Notes under the pieces: generated by a model
Databases searched by the model: none
Seen by the model: the letters and a program-made list of their open reading frames with translations, nothing else
Told to the model about the DNA's origin: nothing
In this document: positions 24,510 to 35,954 of the stretch, one piece after another
Layout of the letters: the number at the start of each line of letters is the position of its first letter
How positions within the stretch are numbered: position 1 is the first letter of the stretch
Program-made: the position numbers and the translations under genes
Assembly (NCBI GenBank): GCA_035221665.1
Contig: CM069142.1
Span: forward strand, 34,410,001-34,474,000
Direction of reading: 5' to 3'
Length of the DNA: 64,000 nt
Origin: Okamejei kenojei
Taxonomy: Eukaryota

Positions 24510-26521
24510 ACACTGTCATCATCTCATTGGACTTCCATGGGGTGTGGGCATCTGTCATACGGGGATCATTCGCACCCACTGAACTAACCGGATAGAAAGT
24601 AGGGGTAGGCACTTTCCTAACTCTGAACTGCCTACAGGTTATTCGCTCTGCTCTCACAATATTTGCTATATCGGGATCTGTTTTAGTATCTCCAGCTATT
24701 GTCTCACCCTCAGAGGTACTTTCCTCCTCACTAAGGGAATCACGGTACCTTTCGAATGACTCCTTATAATTCCCCGCTGCCCATTTAATTTGCATAGGCA
24801 CAGGCTCGCAAAGTCACTTTGGGGGTTGTATTATTCCTTCCCAGCTCTTCTCCTTGAGTACTGGCTCTATTCTTCCTGGTACCATGAGCTACTGAACTAT
24901 CTATCGTTAATGAGGTAATCGGGGTTAAAGAATCCGGTGCTGGCATCACCACGGTTGGTGAAGCAAGCTTTGGTGTAAATTCAGTAGGTGGAGTTAAAAG
25001 TGCTGCCGAATCCAAATGTGTGTTGCGTTCACAAGCTAAACAAGGTATACCTGAAGTATGGAGAACGCAAGAAGAATAAAGAGAAGGCTGTTAACCTCTA
25101 GAATATCCCACCTCCACAAATAGTCATCTTCTTCCCCTTTAAGGTCAATGCCACCCACCGGGTCCATAAATTCAAGATCTGCTGGTGCCAGATTCCCTTC
25201 GGAAGATTTCCCTCTTCCCTGCTCCTGTTCCCTAGCACATTCCTACTCCTTTCTCAAGCTACCTAGAGGTTGATAGACCAGTATATTTCAGCTCCATCCC
25301 AAGCTTTGAATTTGCTCTCTTCCAAATTGCCATTCTTATAACCTCTTTATTTGCCTTCCGCGTCGCATAGTATATTCTCCACAATCCTATTAACTCCTTC
25401 GCTACCTCACTGTCACTATATTGCCAAATAATTTGTTCTATATACTTTATTCCCTTCAATTTTCTAACGCCTCCCTTGGGCCATAATTTGTCCCCTAATT
25501 TCTAATTTAATTCTCCTGAAAAGTCTCTCAACCTTTCAGCTCTTTGTGGAAATTCACTGCGTATTAATTGCAATGGACTTTCGAAATCTTCAGTCATATC
25601 TCCCTCCATTTGATTTCCCATGTTTGCAGACAATGGAAACAAACTCCTAAACAACTCACACCTCCTTAGCAATTCACACTTCTCTCGCAATCTTTAGACT
25701 TATCAAACTCGCTCCCGAACAATGGCCAAAAGCTCCACAGCACACCAACAGTCTCGCACTTCTCACATTACAATTGCACAATCAATCCTTTCAATTGGGT
25801 ATCCAAATTCCTTAACAATCTCGCACAACTCACAACTCACAGAGCTTCCAACCTGAAAACAATTCCAAAACAATCTTTGGTCGACCAAATTAAGGTGCTT
25901 CAGTGAGCAATCAAACACACTCTTCAGCAGCAATCTCCCACACTCAAAACACTTCAATTTAAACACAGAAAAATAGACAAAAACCATGCAAGCAAAATTT
26001 GTACTTAGACAAGAAACTACACCACTTATTATTATCATGCAAAAACACAATCCAATATAAATTACAAGCATTTGTCTAATGTCGCATTCGTTAACTGCAC
26101 AGTTTGAAAAGCAAATCACAGTATAGTTTAATCCCTTGTCGTGCAGTTTTCAACCAACAGAACAACCCCCCGATACAGCAATCGGAAGGATACGAACCCC
26201 GTGGTTGAACAGCCACGAGTCGGACTCTAATAACAATCCCAATCAAGCTACGTTCTTATACAGTCAATTCAAACCATTATTACAACAGTGTATCTAGCAT
26301 TCAAAACTTTAAATCAAAAGCAATACACAGTAAATACAATGAAACAGTCAACAATCTTAAACACACTTTAAACTGTAGCTGCACAAATCTTAACGATTAA
26401 CAATTTCAACAAAGTATTTATTATACACAAGTTAACCGGGAAGAAAATATATACACTTTACAACATCCAGCTTCCAATAGGAAAGCCTGGAATAGGATCT
26501 AACCAGCACTTCAATATGAGG

Positions 26522-26691
26522 GTTACACAAAAAGCTGGAGAAACTCAGCGGGTGCAGCAGCATCTAAGGAGCGAAGGAGATAGGCGACGTTGCCTATCTC
26601 CTTCGCTCCTTAGATGCTGCTGCACCCGCTGAGTTTCTCCAGCTTTTTGTGTAACCCTCGATTTCTCCAGCATCTGCAGTTTCTTCGTTAA
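26522..26691. mobile_element. Penelope-derived near-perfect fold-back element
   Basis: ~70-bp inverted arms centred near 26588; TSD CACTTCAATATGAGG (26507-26521 / 26692-26706). Confidence 0.8.
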
Positions 26692-26936
26692 CACTTCAAT
26701 ATGAGGTCCTGAATTAGGTAAATTTGGATTGAAAAATTTTCAACTCGTTATTTTCTTATCCAAAATGTCTTTTTAGTACGCAAATTCAATTTCAAATTTT
26801 TAAGCAAATGTCTTTAGTATTATTAAATTCTCAGGATTGGTTAAAAGTGTTTTCTGCTGATTATACTTTAACCACTGAGTTTCCGGTACCTATACGAGAC
26901 TCCTCCCCTGTCTTTTCAGAGTTCCAGATACTACTC

Positions 26937-28450
26937 GGTGAGTATCAGGTGGCGTAACCAAAGTTGTCGTTGCGGGGGGCCTTCCCGATCCACCCCCTTT
27001 TGGGCATGCCGCTTCCTTTGTCTTCTGTAGCTGGGGCCCATGGGCCGCTGCAATGCTCCCGGTCGCCCGGAGCTGGGGCCCATCGGCCGTTGCACTGCTC
27101 CCGGTCGCCCGGAGCTGGGGCCCAATGGCCTCTGCGCTGCTCCCGGTCGCCCGGAGCTGGGGCCCAATGGCCTCTGTGCTGCTCCCGGTCGCCCGGAGCT
27201 GGGGCCCATCGGCCGTTGCACTGCTCCCGGTCGCCCGGAGCTGGGGCCCATCGGCCGTTGCACTGCTCCCAGTCCCCTGGAGCTGGGGTCCACTTGCCGT
27301 TGTGATGATTCCTGTCTCCAGGGGCTGGAGCCCCTCAACCACTGCGCTGCTCCCGATGTCCTGGGGCTGGAGCCCCTCGGCCACTTCTCTGCTCTCGGTC
27401 TCCTTTTCCTCCCCCGTTTTCTTCCTCTGCCTCCCTCGTTGGGACTTCCCGGTCGCCTCATCCTCCGACGAGGAGGAGAGGTTGCTGCCTTCTGTAAGAG
27501 AAAGACACCTTTTTTGTGATTTTCTTTTGGACTTACCACTCTTTTCCGGCCTTGGCTCTTTGGGCTGACCCCTCTTCTTATACTTCACCATTGTCCATTT
27601 CTCCTGCTGTTCCCCCTCCTCCATCGACTCTCCCTCCTGGGCAGGATGCTGGGCGTCTCCTTCTGGCACTTGGGGCCTCGAGGTGGTCGGGCTGTCCTCG
27701 TCCGTGTTCCCTCTTTCTGCTGGGGTCTTGGCAGTGGTGGGGGGTTCCGGCCCCTCTTGTTGCCTGTACGTAGGTGCAGGCTCTTTTAGGGCAAGCCCTG
27801 TAAAGGTGGCCTGCCTCCCCACACAGGTTGCAGTTCTTGCTGGCCTCACAGTCCTTTGTCTCATGGCCCTCCATCTTGCAGTTTTTGCAGACAACTGCAG
27901 TGCATTGGGCCATCACATGCCCAGGCTTGTTGCATTTCCTGCACAGCCTGGGTTGCCCTACATAGTTCAAGTACCCTCGGTTTCCTCCAATCGCGAAAAC
28001 CGAGGGGGGGTGGACGATTTCTCCATCCTTGTCCACCCTCAGCTTTACCTTGACTTGCCGCTTGCTGGTCCAAATCCCGTGCATGTCCTTCACGTCCACA
28101 CAGTCTCCTGTTCCCTCAACGTAGCGAGCAAGGAAGGTGAGGACATCCACTACGGGCACATGTGGGTTGAACATGTGCACCGTAATGAACCTTTCCTTCT
28201 GGGTGGGGAGGGTGAGTGGTGCACTTTCAGCAGCGAGCGGAGTCCCGGAAGACCTTCTGCGTTGGATACCATCAAAATATCCGTTGCCCGGAAAATCCTG
28301 GAGGCAGTAGATGTCCTTGGCCTCAAATTTGCAGGCCTCTAGCAAGACCTTCTTCACGAACAGGTCTCGTGAGAAGGGGGTCCCCTTGCTGAGGTCCTTG
28401 ACGCTTATTCGCAGGGTATTCCGAATACCCTGTACTCCTGCTGAATAAGG
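26937..28450 (-). pseudogene. Tx1/Keno ORF1 (ZCCHC3-like, three CCHC knuckles), inverted and frameshifted
   Basis: DIYCLQDFPG...GIWTSKRQVKV...YVGQPRLCRKCNKPGHVMAQC..CKNCKMEGHETKDC..CNLCGEAGHLYRAC. Start coordinate approximate. Confidence 0.8.
27029..27290. repeat. 42-bp coding minisatellite in ORF1
   Basis: About 6 copies encoding GPQLRATGSSATAD-like units on the minus strand. Confidence 0.85.
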
Positions 28451-28568
28451 TGTTAGGTTGGTTTCCCAACCAGCATGGATCCACCTCTAAGCCTGCAGCC
28501 GACCGACTCCTCAACGATTTCCCTCCGCAATCCACGGCCCTTGTCCCCAAGGAACCGCCAGAACTGTT

Positions 28569-28655
28569 CTGATAAGAACAGATAGTCTCTTTCACATCAG
28601 AACAGATACTACACTTGATCTGAGCCCAGGAAAGCTGAGGCAATTCACCGAAGCG
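28569..28655 (-). other. U2 snRNA-derived 5' head of the Keno-like element
   Basis: Minus strand CGCTTC...GGCTCAGATCAAGTGTAGTATCTGTTCT...TATCTGTTCTTATCAG versus U2 ATCGCTTCTCGGCCTTTTGGCTAAGATCAAGTGTAGTATCTGTTCTTATCAG. Confidence 0.8.
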
Positions 28656-28699
28656 GTGGGGATGATGGGACATGGAAATGGTCAGTGACTCTAAAGACA

Positions 28700-31600
28700 A
28701 TGGAGCTCAAACTGGCATCTTTAAACGTGCGCAGTATAAAGAGCACTGCGCGATGTGTTAATGCCTTACAGTACCTGGCCAAGGTCAAGGCAGATGTGAC
28801 TTTTCTTCAGGAGTGCGGGCTGCCACACCTCCGCTGCTATCGGAGGTGGTCGCGATGGTGGCCCCACGGACTGTCGGTGTGGTCGGGGGGAAAATGACTG
28901 TCGTGCTTCCGGCCTGGGGATTTTGCTGCGGGGATGGATACTTCACCATCACTGAGGTCAAGGAAGTGGTTGGAGGGTCTCCTCGTGGTGGACGTTATGT
29001 ACCGTGGCTCTCCGCTGCGGCTGATAAATGTGTATGCCTCACCCACGCAGAGCTAGCGGTCTGGCCGTTCTCCAGCAGCTCCCAGTGCTGCTGGCCACGT
29101 CCCGGCAGCACGTTCTGGCCGGTGACTTCAACTGCATCATTGATGCGGCTGGACGATCCGGCAGTGCCGACAGCAGACTGGACAGCACGTCCAAGTTCCT
29201 GATGGAGATGGTAAAAGACGCAAAGCTGCGTGACGCCTTCAGCGACCCTGCAGGCGGGTCCCAGCCGCAGTTCACTTGGTCGAGATCGGACGGTTTAGCC
29301 CGATCTCGGATAGACTTCGTCTTCACGACGAAGGCCGTCACGGTGAGACACACTGACCTCACGCCAGTGTTCTTCTCCGACCACTGCCTCCTTCAGGCTT
29401 CCTGTCACCTACGGGAGGACCGGAAGGCAGGCAGAGGGACGTGGAAGTTAAACACGAAACTGTTGACCCCAGAGAACATGTCGAGGAAGCTAAAGAGGGA
29501 CTACGCATGTTGGAGAACGGTGAAGCCCCTCTTTGACTCCCCCACACTCTGGTGGGAAGCAACCAAGGAGAACATTAAGAGGTTCTTCATAATTAAAGGG
29601 GTTCAGAGAGCAAGACAGAGTCAGAGGGAATTGTGCCAACTCCAGACAGATTGCAGCAACTGCTCCTTCTGCAGTCGAGCGGGGGTGGATGTGAGGGAGG
29701 AACTTAGAGAGTTGAAGGACCGGCAAGCTCAGCTCTTCACCTCTGAATCCTCCAAGATCATCTTCCGATCTAGGGTCCGCCATGTGGAGCAGGATGAGAC
29801 GTGCTCACGTTTCTTCTTCCATAAGGTTCACAGGGGGAGCTCTGTGATGAACAGCCTTAGGGAGGAGGACGGCACGGTAGCATCCTCACAGACAGACATG
29901 CTGAGGATCTGCAAATCCTTTTACACAGATTTGTATGACCCAGAGACCACAGACAGTACCTCCTCCCAGAACTTCCTGTCCTCAATCACGGAGGTCTTGG
30001 AGGACAGCAAGCGGGAGAGTCTGGACCAACCACTGACCCTAGAGGAGCTGACTGGCTCCATCCGTTCCTTTGACTCGAATAAAACTCCCGGAAGCGATGG
30101 CTTACCGGCCGAGTTGTATTCGGCTCTGTGGGACTGGATGGGCCCGGACCTGCTAGAAGTGTACAACGACATGCTTCTGGTTGGTAGCATGTCAGACTCC
30201 ATGAGGAAGGGCAACATCACCCTAATCTACAAGCAGAAGGGGGAGATGAAGGACCTAAAGAATTGGAGACCCATAACACTCTTGAATGTAGACTACAAGA
30301 TCCTGTCTAAGGCCATCGCCACCGGGTCAAGTCTGCTCTGGGACAGGTGATCCACCCGGACCAAACCTGTGCTGTACCTGGCAGGAAAATCTCAGACAGC
30401 CTAGCGCTGCTGAGAGATACCATCGCCTACGTGCAGGACAGACGGGTGGATGCCTGCCTAGTCAGCTTGGACCAGGAGAAGGCATCGACAGGATTTCGCA
30501 CACGTACATGAGGGACGTGCTCTCCAAAATGGGTTTTGGGGAGGGAATCAGAAATTGGATCAAAATGCTCTAACACCAACATCCGTAGCGCAGTCCAAAT
30601 CAATGGTGGGAATCAGACAGTTTCCCTGTAAGGTCTGGAGTCAGGCAGGGTTGCCCTCTCTCTCCTGTCTTGTTTGTCTGCTGTATTGAACCTTTTGCTG
30701 AATCCATCAGGAAGGATGCGGGCATAAAGAGTGACATTGCCAGGCAGTGGGGGCATTCAAGTAAAGACCTCCCTGTACATGGACGATGTCACTGTCTTCT
30801 GCTCGGATCCAGGGTCGGTTCGCAGACTGATTAGTATCTGCGACCAGTTTGAGTCGGCCACAGGAGCCAGGGTGAACTGCAGGAAGAGCGAGGCCATGCT
30901 CTTTGGCACCTGGCCCGACAGATCTTCCGTCCCCTTCACCATCAAGCCTGACTTCTTGAAGGTGCTGGGGATCTGGTTCGGGGGGGCTGAGGCATGTAAC
31001 AAAAATTGGCTGGAGCGGATAGCCAGGGTGGGGAGGAAGCTGGAGCTGTGGAGGCAACGCTCCCTCTCCATAACGGGAAAGAATTTGGTCATCAGGTGTG
31101 AGGTGCTCTTGGGGCTGCTGTACTTGGCACAAGTGTGGCCTGTCCCTCCCTCATACGCCACTGGGATCACCCGGGCCATCTTCCAGTTCATCTGGGGGTC
31201 GAGGATGGACTGGGTTCAACGGGCCACAATGTACAAGTCGGCAGCAGGCGTGCCCAACGTTGCCCTCATTCTGATGGCCACCTTCGTGTGTGGCTGCATC
31301 AGGCGGAGTGTAGAGCCAAGGCACGTGGGCACCAAGTGTCACTACCTGCTGAGGTTCTACCTGTCCCCGGTGTTGAGAAGGATGGGCCTGGCACAGGTGC
31401 CACGCAATGTGCCAGTCAGCTGGACATTGCCGCCCCATCTGTCGTCGGTGGAAGGGTTCTTCCGGACCAACACCTTTGACCACATGTCCATCGGGCAGTG
31501 GTCAGCACAGAATGTCCTGCAGGCACTGCAGGGGAAAGGACTCTATGGACCCGGTGGCGTGGTTCCCTGAGCAGACTGCCCAGCTTGTCTGGCAAAATGC

Positions 31601-32097
31601 CTCATCGCCAGAACTCACCAACAAGCACCAAGACCCTGGCTTGGCTGGCGGTGAGGGGAGCCCTCCCAGTCAGATCCTTCCTGCACCGTCGGAACCTCAC
31701 TGCCAGCGCTCGCTGCCCTCGGGACGGCTGCTATGGCGAGGAGACGGTTGCCCACCTCTTTACAGAGTGTGGGTTTGCTAAAAGAGTCTGGAGAAAAATG
31801 CAAGGGTCCCTGGTACGCTTTATCCCGAACAGCTCCGTCACAGAGGACTCTGTGATTTACGGACTGTTCCCAGGGACACATTCAGAGGCTGACATCGAGT
31901 GCTGCTGGAGGGTCATCAACTCGGTAAAAGACGCCCTTTGGTCTGCTCGAGCATTGTTCACCACCCAGCAGAGCGAGATGTCCGTTAGGGAATGTTGCCG
32001 ACTGGCCCGCTGCAGACTGCAGGAGTACGTGCTGAGGGACGCACTGAAGCTCGGTGCAGCCAACGCCAAGGCTCGGTGGGGGAGGGCCACAGTCTAA
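28700..32097 (+). pseudogene. Tx1/Keno ORF2 (APE endonuclease, RT, C-terminal zinc motif), frameshifted
   Basis: SLNVRS..FLQE, AGDFN, RIDFVF, SDHC, KTPGSDG, NWRPITLLNVDYK, RQGCPLSP, YMDD, CP..C...ETVAHLFTEC. Confidence 0.85.
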
Positions 32098-32853
32098 CGC
32101 CCTTCCGCTGCTGGACATGGGGGGTACGGTATGGTGGAGACGCCCCTCAAAATAAGGGAAGGTATCCCTCGCCAGTGGGCCACAACTGTATTGATCAATT
32201 TGTACAGCCTCCGAAAATGTCGGATGGATTTTCCGCAAGGTTCATGTATTGTATATATTTATCATTTGAATAAAGTATGTTTTGAAATTTAAAAAAAAGA
32301 TACTACTCACACAGGCGAGGACTCATACCTTCATAGGCTCACCAACGGGCTTCTTCCTTTCAACCTGCTTGGTACCGGGCGTCAGTGCGTGTTCGCTTCA
32401 CGCTGGAAGCTGATGCCAATCTTTAAAGTGCCTTTCCAATTTGCACCCTCTGCAACGACGCAGTACTTCACCTCTTTGTACTGAAATCTAGCCCAGTCCT
32501 GTATATTCAAATATCCAGCCAATCGGATATCCCAGTCCGGGCAGGGTCCCAAACCCCTTTGCTGCTTTTTGATGTCAGGCCAACTCAATGATACCTGACT
32601 TTTGGATTTTTCAACAGCTGTTGACTAATTCTAAAGGGCCTTTCACCCCATATGGCAAGGATGCCCTCAGTGCTTGCTAGACTACTGTTCTCAGATCTCG
32701 TTGGGAACCCCAACACAAGCACGTGAATTATCGATCCGCTCCAACTAGTGAAGCGGGAAAACCGATGTGAAAACCGTGGCGCCGATTTCTCCCCTCGCAA
32801 TCAGGAACGGCTCAACACCTCGATCGCAAACTTATGTCTGGGGGTCCGTTGAG

Positions 32854-32871
32854 ATCCCGGTTGAGCCCCCA
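32854..32871 (-). promoter_or_regulatory. Primer binding site, tRNA-Pro-like
   Basis: Minus strand TGGGGGCTCAACCGGGAT versus canonical Pro PBS TGGGGGCTCGTCCGGGAT. Confidence 0.8.
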
Positions 32872-32872
32872 A

Positions 32873-33648
32873 TGTAATTATGCTCCTAGAGCTAACCCCC
32901 CTTAGTCTAGTTCAGTAAAACACTGAGTCACACACTGGACCACTAAACTTTATTTTTTAAACAATAACGAACTCCCTACACAATACCTAACCACCGGGGG
33001 TCCGATCCCTGTCTCTGCTTGTTCATGCCCTTCAGCCTCGTGCAAGCAGATACCTCCAAAAGGTTGCAAAGTCCCAAACACCCCTTCCAGAAGACAACGA
33101 TCCTAGTGGGGATCACTTTTTATAGGTCATCGGACCCTGTGGGGCAGAATTACATGGGGCTGGAAACCCCTACAAGCCAATCACACATATCGATCACCTT
33201 ATGCAGTAATTGACAGTTCCCCAACCCAATTACAAAGTACCCCATTACAATGTTTCTACAGAAGCTTCTGGAAAGAAGTCAGTTGACCAAGTAATGCAAC
33301 ATTTCCCCAGGTAATATAAACAACTCAAACAAGGCTTCACACTTCAGCCAATCACCAAACAGCAGCACAAACACATTGCAACATTATTAACAGTGTTGAC
33401 AACCATCCTGCAGCTGGCCAATCGTGATCATGCATTTGCAATACCCTTCAGCTCCTCTGCAAAGTCCTCATACATTTTAACAATGGAGAGGACATCTGGA
33501 CCTCATCTCATCTGACATATCAATCTAGGACCTAGACTTTCTGGCACCGGCTCGCAGCTTGTAGCATTTCACAGAAAAAGACCAAGCAGGCCTTGCAAAT
33601 GCAAAGATCCTCCATTTCATAATAACTCTAATTTGGCCAATATTAACA
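32873..33648 (-). repeat. 5' LTR
   Basis: Ends ...ATTACA immediately before the PBS; minus-strand TATAAAA at ~33118-33124 and AATAAA at ~32949-32954. Confidence 0.75.
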
Positions 33649-34702
33649 GGTACCGATCGAGAAGCCTCTTAAACGCCAATATCATATTGAGAGGAGATCT
33701 GTGAACCACTATCAGTGGCTTCACATTTGTGTGGCGTTGCAGCGGTCATGACGCCCGATCTGCAATGAACACACTGGCGCACACACAGTGAGGTGAACTC
33801 ACCCGATGGGCTCTATTTCCAATCACATTGGTTTGGTTCTGACTTTTGTTATTATTATTGTCATGTGCACTGAGGTACAGCGATAAACTTTGTTTTGTAT
33901 GCTATCCAAACAAATGAGATATACCGTACATAAATACAATCAAGCCAAACTCGTGCAAAAGGTAGAACAAAGGGGAAAACACAGATTGCAGAATATAGTT
34001 CAGCATTGTAGCACATCAGTTCAAGACAAAGTCCAATGTCATCAATTGCGATAATCAATCGGCACCCTAGCTTGCAGGTTATGAGCACGAGTTAGCTTAT
34101 GACTATAACCTGACATCATGTTCAGCATGGGCATTGTGGGCCGGAGGGTCTGTTCCTGTGCTGTTCTGTCTGTAGAAGAATATAGCTCTCTTCAATAGCT
34201 CTTAACATCTTCTTTTGCGCAGGATGTGATTGTAACCAGTAGAGAGGTAAGCCCCGTCATCGACAGAAGTGGTCACGATGACCATGTAGTCAGCAACAAG
34301 TAAATTACTCCAGGAGAAATGAGTCAATCCTCAAAGTTTCGAGGCTATGTTCCCAAAAGAAACAAACTTGTGTGTCAAAATGCATCAGGCTCTCAGCTAC
34401 AATGCCTCTCTTCCCCTTTGCAGAGCATTGCCTGCTGCATAACAAGCATGCAGTACTTGCAGCATGTGGAGCAGGAGTTTGGACTTTGGCCTTTTTCTTT
34501 GTAAACAGTGCCGCTATATGACAACTGTGCATTTGTGGGTTGTGCAGACACATTTCACTGTGCTGTGCATACGTGACAATATAGATCCATTGAATCAGTG
34601 TGAGATGGTCTTGGTAATAAGTAGAGAGCGACCATTGACAAAGACTTTTCCTAATTTGATCTAAGTTTTCTTCCAGACCTTTATCAGCTGCCTCATCTTT
34701 CT

Positions 34703-34980
34703 GTGGCACAGTGGTGCAGCTGGTAGAGCTGCTGCCTCACAGCGCTGGAGACCCGGGGTCGATCCGGACTACGGGTGCTGACTATATGTGGAGTTTGCAC
34801 GTTCCCTCTGTGGCTGCGTGGGTTTCCTCCGGGTGCTTTGGGTTTCTCCCACATTCCAAAGATTTGGAATTGTAGGTTAATTGGCCTCTGCAAATTACCC
34901 ATGTGTGTAGGGAGTGGATGAGAAAGTGGGATAACATAGGACTAGTGTGAATGGACAATCGAAGGTTGGCGTGGATTCGT
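34703..34980 (+). mobile_element. HE1/V-SINE
   Basis: tRNA-like head and V-domain. Confidence 0.7.
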
Positions 34981-35855
34981 AGCGCAGTGAGGCAGTGGCT
35001 CCACCTGCTGCATCGCTGCGCCATGCCTGCCGACACTGGGCTGCCACTTCTGCTTGGAACTGTGGAGAAGGGACGTGTGTTTCATGCGTGTGTTTTGAAT
35101 GAGGAACAGAAGGCTTGTGGGTCTCAAACCTTCTGTGTTGCCACCTCTGCTATCTTGGAAACTTTCCAATCAGGTTTCAGGGCCCACCACAGCACAGAGT
35201 CTGCCTTGTTGAAGGTACATACAATGACCGACTGCTCACCGTTGACCCCGGCGACTGTGCAATCCTGCTCCTTCTCGACCTCAGCGCAGCATTTGATACA
35301 GTCGACCACACCATCCTAATTGACCGTCTCCGGTACGGGGTTGGTATTGATGGCACTGCCCTGAGCTGGTCCATCTCCGACCTCAAAGGCAGGAGTTTCT
35401 CAACTAACATAGGCAACTCTTTCTCCTCCCCAGCTGGCCTCTGCTGTGGGGTTCCACAAGGCTCCATCCTTGGCCCCATTCTCCTCTCCCTGTAGATGCT
35501 CCCCTTAGGCCAAGTCATAGAAAGGCACGGCATTTCCTTCCATTGCTATGCAGACAATACACAACTGTACCTCCCCCTGAAGCCCAAAAACCAATCGAAT
35601 CTGCTTAACCTTACACGCTGCCTCGAGGATATAAGTGTTGGATGGCCCAGAACTTCCTCCAACTAAACGAGAGTAAGTCTGAGGTCATCCTTCTCGGCCC
35701 CTCAGACTCAATCAAAATGATAGCAGGCAGCCTTGGAAGCCTTACCCCACTACTCAAACCTCACGTCACAAATCTTGGCGAGATATTTGACTCAGAACTG
35801 AAGTTTGACAAACAAGTTTGACCACAAGGCTCAGTGCAGTGATATATATTAATGA

Positions 35856-35954
35856 GTCTGAAGAAGGGTCTCGACCCGAAACGTCGCCTATCTCCTTCGC
35901 TCCTTAGATGCTGCTGCATCCGCTGAGTTTCTCCAGCTTTTTGTGTAACCCCCC
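35856..35954 (+). mobile_element. Penelope-derived short element starting at the hammerhead core
   Basis: GTCTGAAGAAGGGTCTCGACCCGAAACGTC; TSD ATATATATTAATGA (35842-35855 / 35955-35968). Confidence 0.75.

Larger units (their letters stand above)
21945..25621 (-). pseudogene. gag: ERV gag, disrupted
   Basis: MGNQMEG start; capsid-like KPKKEEGADEFLERF; knuckles CYTCGETGHWSRSC (~23340-23385) and CFNCNQLGH*SREG (~21950-21990); stops plus CR1 and Penelope insertions. Confidence 0.7.
26937..32297 (+). mobile_element. Tx1-clade (Keno-like) non-LTR retrotransposon with 5' inversion
   Basis: ORF1 inverted, ORF2 forward, AATAAA and poly(A) tail; TSD AGATACTACTC (26926-26936 / 32298-32308). Confidence 0.85.
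19705..33648 (-). mobile_element. Endogenous retrovirus (class I-like), internally deleted, with nested insertions
   Basis: Paired LTRs, tRNA-Pro PBS, myristoylation-type Gag start, CCHC knuckles, decayed integrase core. Outer boundary at ~33648 is approximate. Confidence 0.8.

Noticed and set aside
25763-26119. Accessory ORF upstream of gag
   Set aside because: Non-ATG start and TG-rich composition giving Cys/Val/Phe bias; no recognisable homology.
28569-28655. Functional U2 snRNA gene
   Set aside because: Only the 5' part is present, with insertions; no Sm site or 3' stem-loops; it lies inside a retrotransposon TSD.
28700-32097. Programmed frameshifting in ORF2
   Set aside because: Numerous scattered 1-bp indels, often in homopolymers, are better explained by decay or long-read errors.
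34305-34709. 134-aa minus-strand ORF as a gene between PTGFRN and CD101
   Set aside because: Starts at a SINE edge with a non-ATG codon; no domain or splice support.
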